Source of the DNA: a virus
Lineage: Duplodnaviria; Caudoviricetes
Virus record (IMG/VR): IMGVR_UViG_3300007214_000055
Coordinates: 2,209 to 66,208 of that record
Reading direction: 5' to 3' (one strand)
DNA length: 64,000 nt
Positions 1-9,739 of this stretch are shown piece by piece. Within the stretch, counting starts at the first letter, position 1, and each line of letters begins with the position of its first letter. The notes below the pieces were generated by a model that did no database searches, was not told the DNA's origin, and worked only from the letters and a program-made list of their open reading frames with translations. The translations under genes were made by a program, and so were the position numbers.

Positions 1-1211
1 TCTCCGAGACCGTGTGCAACTACCTGCTCTGCCGCGCCCTCACCGAACGCGGCTTCGCTGCTGTGGTCTTCAGCAAAACACAGCAGGACGCCTCCGAGCT
101 CGGCCGCCGCGTTCGTGCCATGGCTAACAGCCTGCGAGGCGAAACCGTCCGCTACCTCACGGACAGCACCACGCAGTTGGCCTTCGAGGGACGCGGCACC
201 CTGTATTTCTTGCCAGCTTCACCCCGCGCTGCCCGGGGCATCCCCAGCTGCTCCGTCCTCTTCATGGATGAGGCGGCGTTCCTCGACGGCGCCGCCGAGA
301 TCTACCGCGGTGCCATGCCCACGCTCTCCATGGTGGGAGATGCGGCCAAAGTCATCGTCGTCTCTACTCCAGACACCGAGCTCGACTGGTTCGGCCAGCT
401 TTGGCACCAAGGCACCCCCTCTGACTGGTACGACTACGTTCGCCGGGGCGACATCGCCGGGCTCAACATGCGCCTGGCCACGACGCAAGACTCCTGGAAC
501 AAGGTCGCTATTCACTACTCGCAGCACCCGATCTACGGAGCGGACCCGGATTGGGCTCAGCGCACCCGTGAATCGCGCCGCATGACCACCGCGGCATGGA
601 ACTCCGAGTACGAGCTGCAGTTCGGTGCCACCGACACCCAGATTTACCCCACCGAGCTGATCAGCGCTGCGTCGCGAGGTCACTGGCGCGAGTGCGGATC
701 GATCAACCGCAGCTACGTCATCGGCATCGATCCTAACGCTGGGGGCAACGATTACTTCGTAGCAATAGTGCTTGACATCACGACTACTCCTTACGAAGTC
801 GTTGGTATGTACCGCGAAAACGGCAAAAGTACAGACTACAGCTTGAAACATGTAAAAACCCTAATAGAAGACTACATGCCTCAGCGTGTAGTTGTAGAAA
901 AACAAGCGATGGGCTCTGTCATCGCTGAAGCATTACAGCATATACTACCAAACTACGCTATTGAAACGTTTAGCACCAGTCGCCCATCCAAAACCGTAGC
1001 CACAGACAGGATTTTGTACCTCCTCGAGCGCGACGAGCTTGTTTTTCCCGCCGGCATCATCGCTGACGAGCTTCGAGCCTTCCAACAGCAAGAAAGCGGA
1101 GCACGCCAAGCTGTAAGCGGTGCACACGATGATACCGTCATGGCTCTGGCCTTCGCCTGTTCGCTAATCCCCGATACGCCAGCTACTGCCAGCTTTTTTG
1201 ACAACATCTAG
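1..1211 (+). CDS. terL: Terminase large subunit (5' truncated by window edge)
   Basis: Frame is open from the window start. Walker B VLFMDEAAF, coupling motif VIVVST, RNase H-like YVIGIDP and C-terminal HDDTVMALAFA; lies upstream of the portal. Confidence 0.92.
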   Translation, partial: SETVCNYLLCRALTERGFAAVVFSKTQQDASELGRRVRAMANSLRGETVRYLTDSTTQLAFEGRGTLYFLPASPRAARGIPSCSVLFMDEAAFLDGAAEIYRGAMPTLSMVGDAAKVIVVSTPDTELDWFGQLWHQGTPSDWYDYVRRGDIAGLNMRLATTQDSWNKVAIHYSQHPIYGADPDWAQRTRESRRMTTAAWNSEYELQFGATDTQIYPTELISAASRGHWRECGSINRSYVIGIDPNAGGNDYFVAIVLDITTTPYEVVGMYRENGKSTDYSLKHVKTLIEDYMPQRVVVEKQAMGSVIAEALQHILPNYAIETFSTSRPSKTVATDRILYLLERDELVFPAGIIADELRAFQQQESGARQAVSGAHDDTVMALAFACSLIPDTPATASFFDNI

Positions 1212-1270
1212 CACCACCCGCTATGGTATGCTCACCGAGAGCGTCAGTAGCGGTACGCCTCGCAGGTGAC

Positions 1271-1600
1271 TTAGGTAGATGCCAATCCCTGAGTTGCCTC
1301 GTTTAACCAGAGCAGGATCGCGTCTTCTCTGTTAGGAGACCACCAGCTCTGCTGTCTAAACCAGCGTTGCCAGTCGAGCTCACTACCTTTGGCGCGGTTG
1401 CATGGCACACAGCAGCACACCAAGTTCGTTCGGTCTCGTTGGCCGCCACGGCATCTCGGTCGCACGTGGTCCAAGGTGTCCCCGGGCTGCCCGCAATACG
1501 CGCAAAGGGACCCCCAACTACTGAGGATCCCTTCTCGAAACTGTTTTTTGGCTTGCCGCTTGGTCGTGAGACTGGAGCCATCGATCCGATGGTCAACCAT
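1271..1600 (-). CDS. HNH endonuclease
   Basis: CAYCG...TLDHVRPRCRGG...NLVCCCVPCNRAKG; likely start is the ATG at 1600 (MVDHRIDG). Confidence 0.9.
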   Translation of the reverse strand: MVDHRIDGSSLTTKRQAKKQFREGILSSWGSLCAYCGQPGDTLDHVRPRCRGGQRDRTNLVCCCVPCNRAKGSELDWQRWFRQQSWWSPNREDAILLWLNEATQGLAST

Positions 1601-1654
1601 GCTCTGGCTGGGTGGCTGCTTCAGCCTAGCGATTGGTCCATTTGTCAACCCCTC

Positions 1655-1729
1655 GCAAGTCCGTTACCATCTGCAGATGTCCGTTACCAAGCGCAGATGT
1701 CCGTTACCAAATACGCAAATCAGTTACCA
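1655..1729. repeat. Four tandem ~20 bp repeats (GCAGATGTCCGTTACCA core)
   Basis: GTTACCA at 1663, 1683, 1703 and 1723, an exact 20 bp period, in the HNH-portal intergenic gap. Confidence 0.9.
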
Positions 1730-1777
1730 GATGCAGCTGCATAAGTTGCTAGCTACCTATGAGTCTGTGCACAAACC

Positions 1778-1787
1778 GCTAAACTGC
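1778..1787 (+). promoter_or_regulatory. Putative late promoter -10 element (GCTAAACTGC)
   Basis: About 30 nt upstream of the portal ATG; the same CTA(A/G)ACT motif recurs before several late genes. Confidence 0.5.
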
Positions 1788-1816
1788 AGATAGCTCTCCC
1801 CGAGCCCGTTTGTGCT

Positions 1817-3631
1817 ATGACCGTTGCACCTTCAGACAACTACCGGAATGATGGTGCATTAGTTAATGCACTAACGGGCCTAGGTGTGCCTGCAAAAGAT
1901 AAAACAACTGCCACAAGTGTTCGCTTTCAGTCCTTACTGACGGAAGCCGAGCTTGAGTCGCTGTACACCAACGGTATCCCCCGGCGCTATGTCGATGCCA
2001 TTGGTGACGAAATACTACGCCACCGCCCCACTGTGGCTCTAGGGGGTGAGAGCAGTAGCGACAACGGTGAACTTCTCACAAAGTTTAATCAAACGCTTCA
2101 AGCCAGCCAATTTCACTTTGCGCTATCTGAAGTAATCAAGCTGCAACGCTTATACGGTGGCGCCGGCCTCGTACTCCTGATCGACGACGGTGGCCAGCCA
2201 GACGAAGCCGTCGAGCTCAGCCGCATTCGAGGCATTCGTGGCTACATCCCCCTTTCGCGTCACGAATTGATCCCCGAGGACGTATCAATCACCGATTACT
2301 CTCGTCCTTCGCACTACCGCATCACCACCAGCCAGCGCATTACCCCGGACCAGACCAGTGGCTATGTCAACATTCGTGTCCACCACACGCGTGTAGCCCG
2401 CTTCGACGGGCTCTACCTACCCTGGAACCTCCGCTCCCGCAATACCGGCTGGGGCCAGTCAGTCCTGCAGCTCATCTGGAACGCCTTCAAGCGCTACGAG
2501 ACCGCTATGTCCGGTCTCGAATCGATGACCTCTGATTCCGACGTCTTCGTTCACAAGATTCCCGGACTGTTCAACCGTATTGCCGCAGGCAACGAAGCCG
2601 ACCTCCGCAAACGTTTAGAAGCCAACAATCTCAGCCGCAGCGTCTACGGCGGCATGGTCGTTGACGTCGAAGAACAAATTGACTTCATCAACCGCGCTCT
2701 GAGCAACATCGCCACCGCCACCGATCCATTCATCAAGGATCTGCAAGCCGCCACGGGCTGGCCCGCCTCCATCCTCATGGGAGATTCACCTGGCGGTCTA
2801 GGCAAAGAAGGTCGCTTCGAGGAGCGTGTTTGGGCCTCGCTCGTTGAGCAGTGGCAGGAGGTCTACTGCCGCACCCCCATCACCGAGATCTTCACCTACA
2901 TCTTCGCATCGCGCGAAGGACCAACGCGCGGGCGCATCCCCGAGTCCTGGTCCGTTCTGTTTCCCTCGATCTTCACCCAGACCGACAAAGAAAAGGCGGA
3001 ACTCCAGCAGCTCAAAGCGGCTTCCGACATTCAGTACATCCAACTCGGCGTGCTGAACCCCCTTGAAGTCCGCGAATCTCGCTTTGGCGGCACCGAATAC
3101 TCGCTCGACACAAAACTTAACGAAACGGTCACGCAACAGCTCATCGCCAGCACCGACGCCCAGTTCCAGTCTCAGATGGCTGGCTACGACGCCCAGCTTC
3201 AGGCCGCCACGCAGCCTCCCGCACTACCTGAAGGCGAAGAGGCATCACCTGAAGCCGCTCCAACTCCCGAGGGCGACCGCGGCGACACCCTCTTCGATTC
3301 CGCCGAGGGCTTGCGCATCTGTGTCACACACCGGTGCGGCGACGTGGTGGCTGGACCTCTCGTTGGGCCCGACGGCCAACGCATCGACAGCAGCGCTGCT
3401 GCCCCCCTGCTGATCCTGGGCCCCCATCGCACCCGGGCCCGCAGGCTCTACCGAGCACGGTTTGCCCTTGACAGCGTCATCACGGATGGTCCCTACACCA
3501 CCGGCTTCAATTCCCTGCGCGCTGCCAAAACTGCCGTACAGCAGCTCTTTCCCGGTCAGAATGTGGTTGGGCTATCACCAGTGCCCGACGCCGAGGCCGA
3601 CGCCTTCCGCGCCTACAACGAGGGGTACTGA
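1817..3631 (+). CDS. Portal protein (DUF1073-like) with C-terminal extension
   Basis: Follows terL. DGALVNALTGLG N-terminus, RLYGGAGLVLLIDDG, HHTRVARFDG, GWGQSVLQ and ATGWPASILMGDSPGGL are typical of this portal family. Confidence 0.85.
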   Translation: MTVAPSDNYRNDGALVNALTGLGVPAKDKTTATSVRFQSLLTEAELESLYTNGIPRRYVDAIGDEILRHRPTVALGGESSSDNGELLTKFNQTLQASQFHFALSEVIKLQRLYGGAGLVLLIDDGGQPDEAVELSRIRGIRGYIPLSRHELIPEDVSITDYSRPSHYRITTSQRITPDQTSGYVNIRVHHTRVARFDGLYLPWNLRSRNTGWGQSVLQLIWNAFKRYETAMSGLESMTSDSDVFVHKIPGLFNRIAAGNEADLRKRLEANNLSRSVYGGMVVDVEEQIDFINRALSNIATATDPFIKDLQAATGWPASILMGDSPGGLGKEGRFEERVWASLVEQWQEVYCRTPITEIFTYIFASREGPTRGRIPESWSVLFPSIFTQTDKEKAELQQLKAASDIQYIQLGVLNPLEVRESRFGGTEYSLDTKLNETVTQQLIASTDAQFQSQMAGYDAQLQAATQPPALPEGEEASPEAAPTPEGDRGDTLFDSAEGLRICVTHRCGDVVAGPLVGPDGQRIDSSAAAPLLILGPHRTRARRLYRARFALDSVITDGPYTTGFNSLRAAKTAVQQLFPGQNVVGLSPVPDAEADAFRAYNEGY

Positions 3632-3634
3632 TCA

Positions 3635-6472
3635 GTGACGCGACACAACACCACTCCCGAAGGCTTCCGCACCGCGGCCTACTTGGCTACCAAGGCCCGC
3701 CTTGACGCCGCCCGCAGCCGCACTGGTAAAACAGCCCGCGGCGTCGATTGCAACCCACCCAACGTCAAGTGCGGAGGCCGCTGCATTCCCCCTGACTGGG
3801 ACTGCCGCCTTCACAACAAGGGCAGCGATCCTCATCTCCGCGCTCTTCGTACCGACCCTGTCAGCGGCCTGGCCAATATCGAGCGCGGTGTCAAACGACT
3901 GCGCGTAGGCGTCCGCAAGGGCAGCTTCTCCGAGATCGAAGGTGGCAAGCGCGCCATCGTGCGCGGTATCGTCAAAGCCACTCCTGGTGACTTGCAGCGC
4001 AAGCGGGCTCTCCAAGCGCAGCTCGAGCGCCGTGCTGGCGGCATAGCCCTCGGTCTAAGCATCGTCGGTTTCGGCTTGTTCAGCCACAACCAACTGAAGC
4101 GGGCCCCCTTCTACCGCGACGGCGTGGGCCGCCAGATCGATGACGCCGTAGCTGCCGGCATCAGCCGGGTTCTCGATAGCACCCCCGGCATCCGGGGCGC
4201 CCGCGCTGAGCGCCGCGCCGCTGGCGCCGCAGTCGCTGCGGCAGCCGTAGGACGCGCTGCCGCCGAGGCCGCCATAGGCCCTGCCGCACGTCGTACTGCC
4301 CTACTTCAGACACCCACCGAGCTCGAACGGCGCGCCACTGCGTACGGCAACGCCCGAGTCTTGTTAAATCGCATCGGAGCTGTCGATATTGATGCTGCCA
4401 ACCGCGGTGGTAACGCTGAAACCTGGCGTCAAAAAAGCCTAGAAGCTTTCTGGAGCTCCAAACGCACCAACGCCGCCGGTGCTGGAGATGGCAGCACCTT
4501 CTCTGAGCCCGCCACTCACGAATACCTGTCGCGGCAGTTTGGTTTTAACTTAGGCACAAACGCTTCAGATACTGATGTTCGCCGCTCTCTCACAGGCGCG
4601 TTGAATCGCGAAGCTGCTAGCCTTCAGGCCCTCGCCCGCCAACAGAACGTTGATATAAACAATGCCGAAGATCGCAGTCGTTTTCTCAATCGCCTAGTCG
4701 GTCCCAGCACACCCAATTTCCCCGAGAACGTCCGCGAGCGCGCTGTCGGCAACCTCAATCAAATACTCGGCGCTGCTCCTCGTACCCGGGAAGCAGCAGT
4801 CAGTCGTACTGAACTCGCTAATCACATTTATCGTCAAACCCGCGACGGCTTTGATCAGTACTTTGGCCGTATCGCTGATGAAGTTCGCCAAACCGCAGGC
4901 GTGGCTATGCCTACTGCGCAGCGGCAGGCTGGCTATAGCGACTTGATGAATAGCGCGCGTATCGGTCATTCTCGTTATCTCGCTACGCGTCTAAATAAGC
5001 CAAGCCTCATAAACGAGCGCATGGGACAAGGCCTATCTGACGTTGTTGCAAAGGAGTATTTTGCTCGGCAAGTAATGGCCAGCAGCTCATTCAGCCTGTC
5101 GCCACGAGAGACGCGGACCGCCGCCTCCGAGCTCGCAGGACGCAACATCACCGGCCTCAACGAAGCCACCCGCTATTTGCAGGAAAACGGTTTTCCTCGT
5201 CTGGTACCGGTTAGCGCACCTGCGGGACCAACAGCACCTGGGACGCGTCGCAGACGTCCTAATGTCCAGGCGCAGATCACCGACCTTGCTCGCTCCCTGC
5301 GCGAAGCTGCTCAGAGCCGCGGCGAGGATATGAGCCTTGAGGCTTCGTACCGCGCTGCGCGCGCCGAAATTGCTCGCCGCCAGCGCGGTGACGCCCTACC
5401 TCCCGGCTTGATGCGCACAGCCACCTACCTGGCTGTCCGTGCCGATCTCCGCGGCGAGGGAAAGCCCTGCGGTGCTTCGCACATTCCGAAGGCCCATACG
5501 TGCACGAAGGGGCAAGGCTCTGTAGAAAAGAAGGAACGACAGCTCTACGAGAAGAGTGCCACTAAAGCAGAGAAAGCTTACGTAAAAAAGCATGGTATGC
5601 CTAAAGATACGCTAAGTCTTGTAGAAGCTCAGCTAGAGCTAGAGAAAGAAACCAAGCAAACTAAACCTTCGCTCAAAACCGTAGCCACTGCAGCATTGGC
5701 TACAGGTGCAGTGGTTGGGGCAGCCGCGTTAATGACGGATCCCAAGGCTCGCCAGCGAGTGCGTGTTGAATCTCGCCTACTTATTCGTGGCTCAGATAAA
5801 GCAATCCGCCGAGCTCTAATGATCGGTGGCCGCGGCTCGATTGCCGGTTTGTCCGCCAAACAGGTTAAAGAGGGGTTGGATCGGCTGCCTTCAACGCTTC
5901 AAGGCCCAGCACGCAAACTGGTCGGGGCTGCCAAACAAGGTGCTGCAGCAATGGCACTTAAAGCCGAAGGTTTTACAATTCAAGACATTGACGTGGTAAA
6001 CAATTATTCAACATGGAAAAGCAAAAAAGGAACGTTGATCTCTATAGGTTCTTACGGAGATAGTTTAGTTACTTATGCTTCGGATAATTCGCACTCGTGG
6101 CAAGGTAAAAGAGTGTACAAAATAGGCTTTAATGTTGATCAGAACTTTGATGCGACGCGCAATATCCCCGCAGAACAAGCCAGAACTATAACCACAGCAG
6201 TGCGCAAGATGACCGACAATCATCTGGCTAAGATAAACAACGGTATTCTTGCTACTTTTCCGTGGGACGGCGACGAATTTGGAGCTAAGCGCCGAGCTAT
6301 TTATACTCGGGCAGGATTTAACAACATCATAGGCGAAGATTCACAGTGGGCTCTTGTGGAAAAAGGTCGCATCAAAAAGATGACTGAATCACAAGCATTT
6401 TTGTATTTGGCCGAATCCGGTGAACGCGACGCACCGATATATAAACCTAGTAAAAGGGAGCGCAGGGCTTGA
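3635..6472 (+). CDS. Modular head-associated polyprotein (2 Cys-motif units, C-terminal GNAT-like domain)
   Basis: 945 aa ORF between portal and MuF. Carries KCGGRCIPPDWDC and KPCGASHIPKAHTC, each followed by a hydrophobic helix; C-terminal KRRAIYTRAGF. Confidence 0.7.
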   Translation: MTRHNTTPEGFRTAAYLATKARLDAARSRTGKTARGVDCNPPNVKCGGRCIPPDWDCRLHNKGSDPHLRALRTDPVSGLANIERGVKRLRVGVRKGSFSEIEGGKRAIVRGIVKATPGDLQRKRALQAQLERRAGGIALGLSIVGFGLFSHNQLKRAPFYRDGVGRQIDDAVAAGISRVLDSTPGIRGARAERRAAGAAVAAAAVGRAAAEAAIGPAARRTALLQTPTELERRATAYGNARVLLNRIGAVDIDAANRGGNAETWRQKSLEAFWSSKRTNAAGAGDGSTFSEPATHEYLSRQFGFNLGTNASDTDVRRSLTGALNREAASLQALARQQNVDINNAEDRSRFLNRLVGPSTPNFPENVRERAVGNLNQILGAAPRTREAAVSRTELANHIYRQTRDGFDQYFGRIADEVRQTAGVAMPTAQRQAGYSDLMNSARIGHSRYLATRLNKPSLINERMGQGLSDVVAKEYFARQVMASSSFSLSPRETRTAASELAGRNITGLNEATRYLQENGFPRLVPVSAPAGPTAPGTRRRRPNVQAQITDLARSLREAAQSRGEDMSLEASYRAARAEIARRQRGDALPPGLMRTATYLAVRADLRGEGKPCGASHIPKAHTCTKGQGSVEKKERQLYEKSATKAEKAYVKKHGMPKDTLSLVEAQLELEKETKQTKPSLKTVATAALATGAVVGAAALMTDPKARQRVRVESRLLIRGSDKAIRRALMIGGRGSIAGLSAKQVKEGLDRLPSTLQGPARKLVGAAKQGAAAMALKAEGFTIQDIDVVNNYSTWKSKKGTLISIGSYGDSLVTYASDNSHSWQGKRVYKIGFNVDQNFDATRNIPAEQARTITTAVRKMTDNHLAKINNGILATFPWDGDEFGAKRRAIYTRAGFNNIIGEDSQWALVEKGRIKKMTESQAFLYLAESGERDAPIYKPSKRERRA

Positions 6473-7335
6473 TGAAGCTCCTTGAGCGCTACAACTCAGC
6501 CCTCCGTCGCTCCGAGGACGTCACCATCACCCAGCTCAACCGCATCCTCGAAAGCAGCTTCAACCGCTTACTCCGTCGTACCCGCATTCACCTGCGCAGT
6601 GGAACCCCAGCAGCCAGCCGCAACGTCGCCCTCCTGCAAGAGTTTCGCCAGCTCATCCCCGCTTTCCGCCCCGATCGCATCGACGCCTACGACCGTGTTT
6701 TACGTAGCCTGTTTCGCAGCTCTGAGCGCAGCGGCACCACTGTCGCCCGAGAACTTCTGCGTGACATCGCCCCTGAGCGCCGCCGCATTGACGTCGACAT
6801 CCCCATCGAAGCCACCGTGGCCGCTGCTGCACAGGCTCGAGGCTACCTCCGCCGCCATGGCGAAGCCTTTGCCACCACTGCCACCGAGCTCGTTGCCCAA
6901 GGTGTAACCGAAGGCCGCTCGACCGACGCCATCACCCAAGACATCCGACTGCGCCTCAACGTGGTGAAGTCCCGCGCTGACGTCATTGCCCGCACCGAAT
7001 CACTCCGCGCCTACAACGCTGCCAGCAACCAGTACTACGCCGCCAACGGCATCGATCTCGTCATGTGGTATGCCACCAGCGATGACCGCACCTGTCCTAT
7101 TTGCAACGCTCGGGCCGGCCGTATCTACAAGCGTGCCAGTACAAACGCACCAGCCCACCCACGCTGCCGCTGCTACCTCGCACCCTGGGACCCCGAGATC
7201 GCGGCTATGGATCCCGAGTACGCGTCCCTACCCCGCCGCCATCGCGAAGAAGTGTCTCGCGTGGCGACGGTTGGCCCCGCTGACCTCAGCCGCGCCGCAG
7301 TCTTTGAGCAGTTTGCTCCGCAGCCCTTCGATTGA
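6469..7335 (+). CDS. Head morphogenesis protein (SPP1 gp7 / MuF-like)
   Basis: RADVIARTESLRAYN...WYATSDDRTCPICNAR...PAHPRCRC signature. Confidence 0.88.
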   Translation: MMKLLERYNSALRRSEDVTITQLNRILESSFNRLLRRTRIHLRSGTPAASRNVALLQEFRQLIPAFRPDRIDAYDRVLRSLFRSSERSGTTVARELLRDIAPERRRIDVDIPIEATVAAAAQARGYLRRHGEAFATTATELVAQGVTEGRSTDAITQDIRLRLNVVKSRADVIARTESLRAYNAASNQYYAANGIDLVMWYATSDDRTCPICNARAGRIYKRASTNAPAHPRCRCYLAPWDPEIAAMDPEYASLPRRHREEVSRVATVGPADLSRAAVFEQFAPQPFD

Positions 7336-7575
7336 TCAGCCGAGCAAGCGCCGCTTGGCCTTATCGAGGGCGACATTTGCACTGGTCCCAACTACGCCAG
7401 ATGGGAAAAATAGAGCCGCTGTAGTCATCCATCTATCAAGGCAGGTATTAGCACTACCTTTGTTCAAAAGATTGGGTACTTCACAAGCACCCACAAAAAA
7501 AGTAGCAAATACAAGCTGCCCGATCAGTAACCCGGATCCGGCTCCACTACCCACTAGCAATCGAATCAAGTTCAT
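7336..7575 (-). CDS. Small hypothetical membrane protein
   Basis: 79 aa with two hydrophobic segments; fills the gap on the opposite strand. Confidence 0.5.
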   Translation of the reverse strand: MNLIRLLVGSGAGSGLLIGQLVFATFFVGACEVPNLLNKGSANTCLDRWMTTAALFFPSGVVGTSANVALDKAKRRLLG

Positions 7576-7661
7576 GGTCTGCCGTGCAGTTGCCCCAGCT
7601 TATCGGTCCCTATACCACAAAGCAGCTACGCTGTGTGCACTAACACCTGGGGCTCGACGCC

Positions 7662-8705
7662 ATGCCCGCCACCGCTCGCCGTTCTAAATCCGAGGCCTAC
7701 GAGAAGGGCATTCGTGAAGGTGCTGCCATGGCGCGCCGTTCTCGTAATATGGAGCCGCCTGAAGAAGAAGAAGAGGAAGAAGAGGAGGAGATGGACATGG
7801 CTCTGCAACCCGGGCATTCGCGCAAACGCAGCGCTAAAGGTGCCAAAAACACAAAGCCTGCCGCCGATGGGTACGGCACAAAGCGGCCCATGGACGCCGA
7901 GTGCGGCTGTAGCGGCAAAAAAGGTGGCAAGTGTGACGGCAGTTGCGACTCGACGCGCAAGCGCAGCGATGCCCTAACCCCCATCGAGTACCTCACCGCC
8001 TGCGAGCTCGGCATCCAAGACCGCAGCCGCTCCTATATCCGCGCCCGTCTCGACGCCACCGAGCGCCTCGACCTCAAATGCGGTAAGGGCTCCATCTCCG
8101 AGGGCGAAAAGTGCACAAAAGGTGCCGCAACTAAGGTACAACCTAATAAATATGCGAATTACGCTCCTAGCAAGATCACACTGAGAGGCGAAGAAACCGG
8201 AATCCTAAGCAGAAAGCGGATTCAGCGAGAAGGCTTTGCTGGCGCTGCGTATGGTGGTGACCCTTTCAGCCGCAAGGAACAAGCCAAGCGCGTGGCAGCG
8301 GTTAACGCATCTATTGTGGGTGGTATAGGAGCCGTTAGGGGCTACCAGATGGGCGGCCTCGGGGGTGCTCTAGTGGGAGGTCTTGCAGGTGCTGCATACG
8401 GCGGAGCTGTAGGCGCCTTACAGGGAGCCAATAGTGCCCAGCGAAATCGCGCAACCAGCAACGCCGCACGCATCTCGCTTGAAAGGCAGAAATTTGAGAA
8501 GCCGCGCGTAGCTCGCTTCAAAGCCCAACGTGCAAAAATGGTGGAAGCAGGAGCCTCACGCTCGGAACTTCGAGAACAAGATATGAAGAATGCCATGACC
8601 CTAGCCAAGGGTTACGACAGAATCTATAAGCGTAATCGTGGTCGTTATGGTGACTCGATATACGCTCAAGGATTCACCCCGGATATGGACCAACTCGACA
8701 TCTGA
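7662..8705 (+). CDS. Modular head-associated protein (poly-Glu, Cys-rich patch, Cys-motif unit, glycine zipper)
   Basis: E10 tract, ECGCSGKKGGKCDGSC, RLDLKCGKGSISEGEKC, GGLGGALVGGLAG, and C-terminal DSIYAQGF. Confidence 0.7.
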   Translation: MPATARRSKSEAYEKGIREGAAMARRSRNMEPPEEEEEEEEEEMDMALQPGHSRKRSAKGAKNTKPAADGYGTKRPMDAECGCSGKKGGKCDGSCDSTRKRSDALTPIEYLTACELGIQDRSRSYIRARLDATERLDLKCGKGSISEGEKCTKGAATKVQPNKYANYAPSKITLRGEETGILSRKRIQREGFAGAAYGGDPFSRKEQAKRVAAVNASIVGGIGAVRGYQMGGLGGALVGGLAGAAYGGAVGALQGANSAQRNRATSNAARISLERQKFEKPRVARFKAQRAKMVEAGASRSELREQDMKNAMTLAKGYDRIYKRNRGRYGDSIYAQGFTPDMDQLDI

Positions 8706-8708
8706 CCC

Positions 8709-9236
8709 ATGGCCCTGACCCCTGCAACCCTACGCCTCGACCTCAAATGTGGCCGCGGCTCCATCTCCGAGGGCGAAAAGTGCACCAAGGGCGCTGCTCA
8801 GCAGGTGCAGCCTGCGCGGCAGTCACAAGTTAAACGCTCACGCAACAAAGCTATTAAAACTGTTCTACTAGCAGCTGCATTAGGTGCAGGTATCGGGGCA
8901 GTTCGAGGTGGTCTTAGTGCACGAAAGTCCCGTAAAGCATATGCGGAGGGCGCATTATCTAAGATCAAACGTTTGAAAGCTAAAGGCAACGACACACTGC
9001 TAGCTGCGCTTAAGTCAGCTAAAAACAGTCAAGCAATGGGTATGAATGACCCTAGAACACAAGCGAGGCAATACGCCAACATCATGCAGGCTAAGACCAC
9101 ACGAGGACTAGCTAGACGCGCCGCGCGTGAAGGCCTAGCTGAACTAAAAGCGATCGTTCCTCTGTCCCCTGCCCGTAGGCGTGCTGCACGTCGTGGCCGC
9201 CGCGATTCTGTCTGGGCGGAGGGCTTCGACTCATGA
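8709..9236 (+). CDS. Modular head-associated protein (Cys-motif unit)
   Basis: MALTPATLRLDLKCGRGSISEGEKC...VLLAAALGAGIGAV...RRDSVWAEGF. Confidence 0.75.
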   Translation: MALTPATLRLDLKCGRGSISEGEKCTKGAAQQVQPARQSQVKRSRNKAIKTVLLAAALGAGIGAVRGGLSARKSRKAYAEGALSKIKRLKAKGNDTLLAALKSAKNSQAMGMNDPRTQARQYANIMQAKTTRGLARRAAREGLAELKAIVPLSPARRRAARRGRRDSVWAEGFDS

Positions 9237-9736
9237 CTATCACACGCAACGACGTCTTCATCGGCAACAAAAAGCTGAACTGCGGCCAAAACTCCAAGCC
9301 GTGCGGTAACGCCTGCATTCCTAAGGACCACAAGTGCCGTGCGTCCTGGAATAAGCCTGTGAAGCTCGCCGCCGGTGCCGCCGCACTCACCGGTGCAGCC
9401 ATCGTCGGTACGGCGTTCCTTCACCCGAGGGCGTCCATGCGCAGCGCCGCACGCCAAACCATCGAACCGGCGCTGCAGACCGGCTTCGCTGTCGGCAACG
9501 TCGCCCGCGGCAACTGGGCCGGTGCAGCCAAGAACGCGGCCAACGTGGCTGCCACAGGCGAGGGAATAGGTCGCAACCTGAGCACCTTGGCCAAGGGCTA
9601 CGGCACCGACATCAAAAACGCGGTCAACCGAGGACGGAACGCGGCGTTCAAGATGCGCTACCACCGCCCAGCCAAACGCCGCGACTCTGTCTGGGCTGCC
9701 GGCTTCACCCCCATGCCCGACACCTTCGACATCTGA
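9233..9736 (+). CDS. Modular head-associated protein (Cys-motif unit)
   Basis: RND...KPCGNACIPKDHKC...LAAGAAALTGAAIVG...RRDSVWAAGF. Confidence 0.75.
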   Translation: MTITRNDVFIGNKKLNCGQNSKPCGNACIPKDHKCRASWNKPVKLAAGAAALTGAAIVGTAFLHPRASMRSAARQTIEPALQTGFAVGNVARGNWAGAAKNAANVAATGEGIGRNLSTLAKGYGTDIKNAVNRGRNAAFKMRYHRPAKRRDSVWAAGFTPMPDTFDI

Positions 9737-9739
9737 CCC

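Noticed and set aside
1655-1729. Mini CRISPR array
   Set aside because: The period is only 20 bp with ~3 nt variable parts, so there are no spacer-sized unique segments; no cas genes.
5458-5464. In-phase GGGAAAG slippery heptamers at 5458 and 12444
   Set aside because: They simply encode the (E/K)-G-K before KPCG; the -1 frames stop after ~35 and 5 codons.
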